Assembly: GCF_009914755.1 (NCBI RefSeq)
Contig: NC_060937.1
DNA: 64,000 nt
Origin: the human T2T-CHM13v2.0 reference genome, Homo sapiens
Reading direction: 5' to 3' (one strand)
Made by a program: the position numbers and the translations under genes. How positions within the stretch are numbered: position 1 is the stretch's first letter; each line of letters starts with the position of its first letter. The notes beneath the pieces are model-generated. The model made no database searches. It was not told the DNA's origin and saw only the letters and a list, made by a program, of their open reading frames with translations. Shown here piece by piece: positions 52,789 to 64,000 of the stretch.

Positions 52789-53942
52789 TAGTAATGCACC
52801 TCATAATGAATTCTTCCATCAACAACAGATCCCATATAGAAAGGTGGTCCTAGAAGATCATAATGGTGCTGAAAATTTCCTATTGCCTAATGACATAATA
52901 TCATAGCACAATGCATTACTTACATGTTTGTGGTGATGTTGGTGTAAACATACTGCACTGCCAGTCATATAAAGGTATAGCACATACAATTATGTACACT
53001 GCATATTTGATAATGATAATAAATGACTATGCTACTCGTTGATGTATTTACTGTACTATAGTTTTTACTATTATTTTGTGTATATTATTACTTTTATTTT
53101 TAAAAAATTAACTGTAAAACAGCCTCCAGCAGGGCCTTCAAGAGTGATTCAGAAGAAGGCATTGTTATCATAGGAGATGACAGCTACATGTGTGTTATTG
53201 CCCTTGAACAACTTCCAGTGAGACAAGATGTGGAGGTGAAGGACAGTGATATTGATGATCCTGACCCTGTGCGGGATTAGGCTGATGTGTGCATTTGTGT
53301 TTTAGTTTTAAACAAAAAGTTTATCGAATAAGGATATAAAAAATATTTTATACAGTCATACAATATGTGTTTTAAATGATTATAAGAGAATCAAAAGTTT
53401 AAAAAAACTAAAAAGTTTATAAAGTAAAAGAGTTATAGTATGCTGTTTAAGTTTTTATTGAAAAAAACATTTTCAGATAAATTTAGCATAGTCTAAGTGT
53501 ATGGTGTTTACAAAGTCTACAGTGGTGTGTAGTAATGTCCTTGACCTTCACATTCAGCCACTGCTCACTCTCTGACTCACCTGAGCAACTTCCAGTTTTT
53601 CAAATTCCATTCATGGTAAGTTCCCTATAGAGGAATAGCATTTTTAATCTTTTATACCATATTTTACTGTACCTTTTCCATGTTTAGATATGTTTAGATA
53701 CACAAATACTTACCATTGGATTATAATTGCCTACAGTAATCAGTATGGTAACACACTGTGCAGGTTTGTACTCTGGAGTAAAAGGTTATTCCAGAAAGTC
53801 TAGGTGAGTAGTAGGCTATACCATGTACCATCTAGGCTAGCAGTAGGTCTAGTGAAAGTATACTCTATGATTTTCACTCAAAGATGAAATTGCCTAGTGA
53901 GGCATTTTTTAGAATGTATATCCATTAAGTGATACATGACTG
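52789..53942 (+). mobile_element. Tigger3b-like (TcMar-Tigger) non-autonomous DNA transposon
   Basis: Starts 'tagtaatgcacctcataatga...ggtggtcctagaagatcataatggtgctgaaaatttcctattgcc' and ends 'attaagtgatacatgactg'; TA on both sides; directly follows a MIR fragment at about 52660-52788. Confidence 0.88.
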
Positions 53943-54839
53943 TAGTTGCAAAGGAAAATTTGGCCATAATTATTTTTGTTTCCTTATTTAAACTTACTGG
54001 AGTTTTAACATTGTTTACAAAGATTGTTGTGGTCCTTTGCAACACAGTAGAAATTAAATAAAAATATGAATGAATGAAAATAGATCTTACATCTTGTTCA
54101 TCTGAACAAAAAACTTGTAACACTGATTTAAATTTCACCTTAAAATAATTTATAAATTAGGTAGAAACATCTTATTAATTATTAATTATATCTTTATTAG
54201 AAAGTACTAATGCATCATTATTACAGTACTTGAGTTATCTATAATTTTGAAGAACAGACTGTTGAAAAGTTTAGCATTATTTTATAAAATTATCTAGAAA
54301 TGTGGAATCATTAAACTAATAAATAATCATATGGGATTTATGATTGCAGAGAATTAAGTCTATACTCTGAGCAAAAAGACATATATTAAATATATAAACA
54401 GCAGGGCAAAAGATAATGTAGGAAAAGAGGTGTGGACAAAATGGTAGAAATAAGCCTGTGACATCAGGTATTGAAAATATTTTCAAGATTGGTTGGGCCA
54501 AGAAAATTAGTCCAACTTCAGATGACAAAATGGAACCAGGTGGTACTCAGCAGTGTCACAAATAAAATAAAAATAAAAAGTGGACTAAAACAAGCTAAGG
54601 AAACTAAAATCAGAGGTCAGAAAATTCTGTCTAATATATAAAAAAACTCCAGAAAAAGAATGCTTCTCATAAAATAATTTTTCTTTTAGAATTGTTATAG
54701 GAGAAATGGTTATGATATAAGAAAGTAACCATGATGTCTTAAAACCCCTTTCGATGTAGATTATTATTGTTTTTTTTATTTTCAGATATATTTATTTTTG
54801 TTCCTAGAATATGTAGATTATTTCTTGATCACTTGTTCT

Positions 54840-54931
54840 GCCCTTCCTTTCTCTCTTTTTCTTTCTTCCTTTCCTTCTCCTCTTTCCTTCTTTCACCCCC
54901 TTCTCTCTTTCTCACTCCTTCTCTTTCTTCT
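54840..54931. repeat. CT-rich low-complexity tract
   Basis: About 90 bp of nearly pure pyrimidine. Confidence 0.85.
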
Positions 54932-55676
54932 GTCAATAGATATTTATTGAGTCGATTCTCTCAATGTATAACCATGTTCTACTCTTCTTGATTATTGAAT
55001 ATATTCTTTTCCCTATAGCGCATCTAACCTGATATTATTAGCAAATAAATCACATCATGTATAATATTATATAACTTCATTTTTTTCTATATTCTATGTA
55101 GAAATGGCTCATGCAAATGTGTCATGCAATATCCTGTTATATAATAAAAAGTAACAACAAAGTTGCCCTCTGCCATTTATTTTCCATGACTAATAATACA
55201 AGTTATTTTTGCTCTATTCAGAAGTTTACTTGATACCTTACCTTTTGGTGTTTTCAATTTGGTAGTTATATTTCATTTAGTTTCCAAGATTCAAATTAGA
55301 CATATATCTGAAAAAAAAGATTAATATAGTTTCTTCATGCAGTTTTAATACTGCTGTTAGCTCAGATTTTAATACTAAAATTCAGGTTACATATGTGAAT
55401 AAATAGGTAGAACCCAATGACAACATTTAACTTATCCCCAAGTGAGCATGATTTATGACTAGAAAAAAATCATATTTTTCCAAACTATTTTTTTCCTCTA
55501 AGAGTTAGATAATCTGGACCTAGGCTACTGGACAGAAAACATTACTCACTTCATAAGCATAAAAACTGTGAAATTGAATAATAAGATTTACAACCAATAA
55601 AAAAAAATCTGATCTCGCTCTTCTCTTGAACAAAAGAAGGTGTCCTAAAATCATAGTTGCTGAGAGTAAGATTTAA

Positions 55677-56084
<408 letters not shown>

Positions 56085-56613
56085 TAGGTATCCTTTTAAC
56101 TTTCTTTCCTCTTTTACATGAAAAAATCGGGCAACCCAAGAAAAACTATAAACGCTCAGAAACTTCACTCTTATTATAAGTATAAGGGCTCATGAACTCT
56201 ATGCAAACATTTTATGAACAATTTTAAACATACAAGGGGAAATAGTAGTTATATAGTTTGTTGATACTTACGTCTTCCAAATTCAAGCTGAGCAAACTGC
56301 CAACAAGACACAGGTGCATAAAAGATGAGCAGGTGAAAGAAATAAAATGTTGTTAGGGAGAAAATGTTATCTTTGTCCATTACGCATTTATCTTAGGACA
56401 CATTAGCACATCTGCTATATATTACTAGAGATACAGGTTTATGTAAATAAGTTTTATTAAGTTATAATTCCAAGTTTACTTTTCTATTTTCCCAGATCTA
56501 TGGATTTGGCCCTGGTGTTACAAGGTCTGGGTTATGGCTTAATAAATACATTCCAATTAACTTCATTTAAATTTTACTAGGGATCAGATTCAACTATGAC
56601 ATTAAAGATTTTT

Positions 56614-56912
<299 letters not shown>

Positions 56913-57259
56913 TTAACGTGGATATTTAGAATAGCACCCAATGTTAATTGTGTGGCTTAGATATAACGTTGTTGGGTTGCTATTGTAAATTTGGCATGAG
57001 TTTCCCCACTGGTCACCATGACTGACAGCTCTTCTAACTGATTCTTACAAACCAAAAGAAGGGATGTTATATGGACAAAGTGGACAAGTGGCAATTGAGT
57101 GCACAGAAAACGTTGAAAGCAATTAGCAATGAGGTCTAAATTTTAAAAGGCAAAACATAATTGTACTTATTTTTTAAAACAATTATTTAAGTCTTTACCC
57201 TCACATACCCAACAACTTTATTTTGAAAATGTATATTATATATGTAGCAGAATTGAAAG

Positions 57260-57400
57260 GTACTTGACTTAGGATCTAGAGGTAAAGACATGCATTAGAA
57301 TCTGTCATCTCTGGGCTGCTTGAGCTTGAGGAAATCATTTAATTTCTCTATTTTGAGTTTTGAATTAGTTGCTTTCTAAAGACCACTCAAGCTATCAATT
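57260..57400 (+). mobile_element. MIR fragment
   Basis: 'gctgcttgagcttgaggaaatcatttaatttctctattttgagttt'. Confidence 0.55.
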
Positions 57401-58389
57401 AAATAAAATAAATATACACACACAATTTTATATGTATGGTTTACATACGGTTTTAAGTAAAATTGTCTTTCTTCTTACTCTACGAAGGTGTTTACTGTAG
57501 AAAATTTGGTTATAACAGACATAAGCAAAATAAGTTTTAAGCACAATTGCATCATTTTAAATAATGATTGCATATTTATATCATATTTCTGCACCACACA
57601 CATACATATGTGTTTTAAAAACATGATCATACTCTACTATTTTGACTTGCCTGTTTGAATTTTTAAATCATTTAAAACTTTCTATAATTTTGTAGAATAT
57701 AATTTTTATAATGTCAGCTTATTCTTCCATGTAGATTTAACCAGTACTGACACCATATTAATTTAACCTGTTAATTATCTATTGATTATCATGAGGCAGA
57801 TAGGTGGAAATAGTTTGCCCATCACACTTCTCAGTCTGCAATGTAACTCTTATCTCCAACCACAAGATTCCAGATGTTCTTGAGTTTAGCTACACTCTAA
57901 GACCCTTTCAGGAAAACAAAATAGAGGCTTAGCATTTATGTATTTTTCATTACCTTTCACTTAATACAAGAAGAGTGTGATCTCTCCTACTCCAGTAACT
58001 GAATAAGTTACTCTAACCATTGCTATATACCCATGGTTCTATTCTCCCAGTTATTAAATGCACATTTGAAGAGAGCAATTTTGTTCCATAGATTTGATAT
58101 TCCAAGAACAATGCAGATTGTAATAATAATCATCATCTCAATAATTCATAAAATCAAAGTCCATGAATTTAACAAATAGAGTAAATTAGATCTTTTGGAA
58201 AATCTACCTATCCTGGGGATGGGGGGAAATTCAGGAGCCACCCCCATGTCCATATTATTGGACTTTGTATACATAGTCATGCTTGAATTAATACATTTGG
58301 GAAGACATATGGCCCAAGATAAATTAATCAAATGTTTTCCCAAGCAACTTGGTATTTAGAATACAGTGAAATTGAGTTACATCAAATGC

Positions 58390-58630
58390 AGTGCTTTGGA
58401 GCCTCCGACTTTTAAATTTTTTACTGAGACCACAGTAAGAAATATGTAACACAACAGACTTAGTATACAGAAATACATTCAGAAAAAAATTAATGTTTTA
58501 CAAGTCAATAATTACCCTGGGAATTATAGCTTTGTAGTTTCTATTGCATACTATTATTTTAGGTGTTGCTCATAGTCCACTAAAGAGAATTCAGGAACCA
58601 ATAATGGGACATGACCAACAATATTACTTT
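58390..58630. mobile_element. hAT-Charlie-type DNA transposon remnant
   Basis: 'gaccacagtaagaaatat...gtccactaaagagaattcaggaaccataatgggacatgacc' resembles a decayed Charlie-family MER end. Confidence 0.45.
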
Positions 58631-59685
58631 GGTAAAATCTTCATGAATTGTTGCCAGAACCCTGTTTATTTCTGGCTTCTTTGCTTCTCAAATCTCTCTT
58701 ATTCAACTCTTCCTTTAATCTGTAAAATATTCTAGTGTATTTCCAATAAATGTCACCTTTAATTTATGACAATCATGTTCTGTTTAATTTATGACAGTCA
58801 TGTTCTGCTTTTCCTGCTCACAAATTAGGTAATCTTAACTAATCTCAATTATTCTAAGACTCTGCTTAATTTTCCTAAAGTTCCTCTTTCTTTGGAATCT
58901 ACCTAATGTATCTATAAGTCTGGAAATTCGGCTAATGTAAAGGGGGATAATAATATTTCCTCATTCTGAAGACTGACAGTTGCTGTATCACATTAGAAGT
59001 TATTAGGGGCACAGGAATGCTTGTATCCTTAGTTTCCACTTTGTTGCAGAGTTTCAGACTGAAAAAAGACACAGTTAGAAATTTATATATTTCATTCTAT
59101 TAACAACTAGGTTTAAGATGTTAAGCTGACTCTGTACTCTGAGATATGGAAGTTTAAGGGTTAAACTTCATAGGGGAGCAAAATCTCTTTGGACCCAAGT
59201 GCTCTTGTTCATGCCAATATTATTTTATAAATTTGTTCATTTATTTTACAAATATGCATTAAATGTTCATGATTAGAAATCTGAAAATGTTATAAATATG
59301 GCATAAGACAACTTATGTAAATGTATACTAAAAATTAATTTTACCATTTGTATAGAAGTACATATGGACTGACTGAGGATGTACATACAAAAAGAATATT
59401 AGGGATTGAGGGAAGAAGTTGAGGAGATGGGAATTTAGGGCTTACTTTTCTGTTATACAATTATTGTTTTCTAAAACTGAAGGAAAAATAAACTTGTTTT
59501 AAATAACAATTCTGATTTATCTAATTGATCTTCTCTCCTAAAGGTTCAATCTGTCCCTTCAGATTTGGTCTTCAATTTAAGATGGATCAGTGAGAGTTAG
59601 TATCATGTTCTAAGATCATTCACATTAAGCAATTTTTCTTTAGCAACTTGTAGAATTCTTATCAAAAATCAATAGAGATTAGACT

Positions 59686-59980
59686 GGTCGTGATGTAACA
59701 CCTGTAACCCCAGCACTTTGGGAAACCAAGGCAGGCAGATCACCTGAGGTCAGGAGTTCAAGACCAGCCTGGCCAACATGGTGAAACCCCATCTCTACTA
59801 AAAATACAAAAATTAGCCAGATGTGGTGGCGGGCATCTGTAATCCCAGCTACTCGAGAGGCTGAGACAGGGAGAATTGTTTGAACCTGAGAGGCAGAGGT
59901 TGTAGTGAGCAGAGATTATGCCACTGTACTCCAGCGTGGGAGACAGAAGGGGACTCAGTCTCAATAGTAACAATAATAAT
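59686..59980 (+). mobile_element. AluS (Sx-like)
   Basis: Dimer with 'gatcacctgaggtcaggagttcaagaccagcctggccaacatgg'; imperfect ~20-bp TSD 'aat(c/t)aatagag(a/c)ttagactg'. Confidence 0.95.
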
Positions 59981-60479
59981 AATTAATAGAGCTTAGACTG
60001 TATCAACATGAAGTCAGACAGATCATGTGAGACCCCAAATCCTTATTGAATTTTCTCAATATTCCATCTTGTGCTCCATATGCAAAAGTTGTTGTCAGGG
60101 AAATAAAAACTTCTCTGTTTTGCTCAAGGGATAGAATCATAATTTCTGAGGCAATAAAATAGTTCATTAAAATAAGAATATTGTTTTTATGCAGGATAGT
60201 CACATGAAGTTGTATTCTACTAGCAATGGATATACACAACTGAATAAGGATAGTATCGAATTAAACTCATTTTGGGGCCATCTTAAGTACAATTTCTCAT
60301 TTTGTGAGAAGTCATCCTCTAGATCGTCAAAAGCAAAACAGACTATAGACTAGAGTGCTACATATAGGTCAATCTGAAAAGGTGGAAGAGAAGTGAAAAG
60401 CAATTCTTGTGCTCTAGTCAGTAGTGTGTTTATCTTTGACAGCCATTACGTGTCAAAAATTACTGACCCTTACTTAATG

Positions 60480-60893
60480 ATATCTCTATTGTTTTGGGAA
60501 GCCTAAGCAGTGGTAATAAATAGGCCCAATAGGTATCATGAATCCTACATCATCGATGATCATTCTTGCTTGCTTCACCACACAGGCACGTGTTCCCAAT
60601 TTGCAGCAATTCTTTGCAGCTATTCCGGTGTCCATGCTTCTTGCTTTTTGTAACCCTACTATTTCTATAATCCCTATAATCTGCACTCATTCATAGGGGA
60701 GGAAAGAAGACACAGACGGGGCAAGGCCACTTTTTGAACGCCTCAGCCTAGAAATGCGCTATGCCACTCATTCTCACATTCTTTCTTCTAGAAATGGCCA
60801 CACCTAACAGCAAGGGAGGAAGGAACACATAGTCTGGTATGTCCAGGATGAAGAGAACATAAATTTAAATAAACAGTTTGCAGTCTCCATCAC
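60480..60893 (-). mobile_element. Old MaLR LTR (MLT1J/K-like)
   Basis: 'cagcctagaaatgcgctatgccactcattctcacattct...ggccacacctaacagcaagggagg...cagtttgcagtctccatcaca'. Confidence 0.65.
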
Positions 60894-61329
60894 ATTATTC
60901 GGAGATTAAAAATATTTTTCTCAAGTAAAGATCTTTCTTAGAGATTAGCTTTGAAAATAAAGATGGTACAATATCCTAAATTTATTTGCTGCAAGATAAT
61001 TTTACAATGTGGCCACATCTGATCAGGCTTAATAACCAAGAATTAAACATATGATTGTGAAACCTTTATCTAGGGCTTCCAATTTCATTTAGTGGGAATT
61101 GATAAGTCTTTACTACTCTTATTTGTTCAAAGAAGAAACCATTATATTATTAGTGTTCAATGTAACATATACCTATTCTTGGCTAAGGTAAAGAAAATAC
61201 AAGTTATGTTTGCTATTAAGAAGACTAGAATGTATTGACTTATTACTGTTTAATATTACTGTTTAATTAAATGGTAAAATATTGCCACAATAAAGAGAAA
61301 AATTTGCCATATATCTATAATGCAAGAAG

Positions 61330-61413
61330 TATATATATATATATATATGTATATATACACATATATATATACATACATATATAGAGAGAGAGAAGGAGAG
61401 AGAGAGAGAGAGA
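61330..61413. repeat. Compound (TA)n/(GA)n microsatellite
   Basis: TA runs followed directly by GA runs. Confidence 0.95.
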
Positions 61414-64000
61414 CCAATAGAGATGTTCAGAGGTGAAAATAATTTTGCATTTCATTTTTCAATATTTGAAATCTCTTTCCACTTCTTTTATAATGTGCTT
61501 CATATACCAAAATATATTTTGTAATTTATGAGTGGAACTTCCCTCGTCTAAATATCAGCTTAAGAACATTTTTTTCTCTAAAAAATATGTGATTGAAAAA
61601 AGAGAACTGCAAAGGATATTTCAAATAAAATGTTTAATTAAAAAAACCACAACAGATATTATGGACATTTAAAGTTTGAGGCTTCATGCTGTATTCCATT
61701 TGGTTCAGAGTATAGTTTTCATGATTTATTGACAGCTGCTTTAGATGGTTCTTTATTTTCAACTCATCCCAACCCTGGTCAAACAATACAGCCCTCCTGC
61801 TTTTTTCAATATTTTCCTAATATCTCAGCTCATTTAATTCTATTGATCCACTGAAGAGTATAATGGCACTGAAACTGGGATTAATAGCACCTCCCTTTTC
61901 CAGTGCTAAGAGCTTTCCTATTGAGTCTGTGGACCATCACATGAAATCACAAATGTAGACAAAAAAGTAGAGTGACCTTTACCGGCCACTATTGTACTGA
62001 AAAATTCAGTAAACCTTAGAACATCATTTTCAATTTTATGGCACTGTTTTCTTAAATAATAAGAGAAAAGGGGAAAAAGGAAAAACTGACCCCTGTTCAG
62101 CATTTACTTAAGCAGAATTGGCATTAATAGAGTATTCTGTCAAAAATTCAAGCTCAAGAAAATGTATGGCTTTGTCCACAGCAGCAGCTATCTTAGCAGA
62201 TTGCACTGTCACTGCTTCACACAAAGCGCATTGCAACACCATTAGTGGACATAAATAATGCACAAGCTCTTATGCAGTACTCAGCTAAGTGCATGGAAAC
62301 CTTGGGCTCCTGTTGTCAGAAATTCAATGGATTAGTACCTAGATTTATTTTAAGTCTGTAAAGCACTTTGTTCTTGACAGCGTTCAAAGTAGAAAGAGTG
62401 CTATCCTGAATGCGCATCTTAATACTGTCATTCCTGTCTTGTAAAGAGTAGATGATATATGGGCTGCAATATTTCGTTTTAATATTTAAAATTTTCACTG
62501 TGCGGATGCAAAGAAATATATTAATAGTTATCTGCTGTAACCTTATTGATCTGGAAAAGAACAAAGATAACCTGTAAAGTTTCACAGTGAAGCTAGTAAA
62601 ATGGAGGCATTATAATTACGTTTTAGTAAAACAGATACACAAACTCTAATCTTTATACATCATCTTTGGAAAATATGGAAATTTGGACATCGCCTTTCTT
62701 TGTAAGTTAATACTGCGCATATGAAATCATATTTGATGGGAATTTTTAGCACATTTTAATCTAATTAGCAGTATTTACAATTCTGTAATTCCTTCAACTA
62801 CATAAGAGTATTGTTTCTTTTTTGAAGGCTAAGTGATTTTACAGTTAACATTTTGCTGAGCAAGAACTATTCTAAAATGTTACTCCAAATTGCTTCCCTA
62901 TAACTTCAGAGATTGGGGGCAGTTTCAGCCTGTAGATATGTTCAGGATTTAAGCCTGATAATCTTCCATGCATTGAAAGGATAAAAGACACTCTTGTGTA
63001 AGTTAAAAACAGTTTTCTATTGATATTGGAGATGTAGTAGAAGAATAGAGATATCTCATGTGAAGGTCAATCTTTCTCAATTCTATGAAGACATAAAATC
63101 TTATTTTAAAATAATAACAGTTACCTTTTCACTCAGCCTACATGGTCCATGAATTTCAACACAATTTGTTGAAATGTCACTCAATGAATTAACTATTCAT
63201 TATCAAGCTCTAAGATTCTAAAGTGAAATATGTAACTAATGACTATTTATAATTACATATATTAAGACCATTTATTAGGCTACATGCATGATGTCATGTC
63301 AAATGGTTCATATTTGACCACATCTGACTCTTAAACTAAAATTTGTTTTTTAACACAAGTTTCTCAGGATTGTGAAGACTAATTTCATTCTAATTACAAC
63401 TTTCATTATTGAGTTAAAAATATGCCTATGTTTCATAATTTCAGTAGAAAATTCATCAAACACACTGCTGAGAGGGTTGTGATTTGTTGCTTACAAAGAT
63501 AACATAATAAGAAGGCCAGTAAATACTGTGTTTCAAGACGTATTTAATATACCCTTAAATGAAAGATCATATTCTGGAGAATGACTATGACTTAAGTAAT
63601 TTTATATTAAGGAGTTAAGTTTTCAACTTAGTAAATTTTTTTGCTCCAAAGCAAAGCTCCAAAATTCTTTTGCTTTACACAGCTACTTCAAAAACCAGTA
63701 CATAATTTGCATATTCGGATCAATAGGTGGCGCTTTTCCCCTTTCTGACAGTCTCGTTTTCAGAATCCTGTTAGAGTCAAACTTATTGTTACAAATCTTC
63801 AATATTACCGATAGAATGCCGAATATTCTAACTAGTAAAAGTTGATTTTTAACTTTTGCAAGCTTATAAGGTTTTAAATTATTGTCAGCTTTTAAAAACT
63901 ATCCTTTGATACATCATCAAATTTCGTTACCAGTGATCATACTCAAAGAGAACTCTCAGTTATTTGTCCTGTAGCGATATTCAGAAATTATCACTCAGTT

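Overview
This window is AT-rich, gene-poor primate (human-like) genomic DNA, not prokaryotic. I find no intact protein-coding gene, RNA gene or CRISPR array; nearly all ORFs in the supplied track are Alu-, L1- or low-complexity artefacts. The one gene-derived feature is a 5'-truncated processed pseudogene of MTCL1 (SOGA2/KIAA0802) at about 26344-28309 (+). It carries frameshifts, an AATAAA signal, a poly(A) tail and a target-site duplication (TSD). The rest is mostly interspersed repeats: AluJ/S/Y, FLAM/FRAM, L1PA/L1M 3' fragments, L2, MIR, MaLR and ERVL LTRs, an ERVL integrase/dUTPase relic, MADE1, MER5, Tigger3b and microsatellites. The observations most worth checking are an old ~410-bp direct duplication 7.9 kb apart, a still-open ~200-codon frame inside the retrocopy, a MADE1 hairpin nested in a decayed MaLR provirus, and a compact hairpin/palindrome cluster inside a MIR. 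I see no convincing evidence of a new biological system. Repeat subfamily names and comparisons with parent proteins come from recalled consensus sequences read by eye, not from alignment. Boundaries of old elements are approximate.
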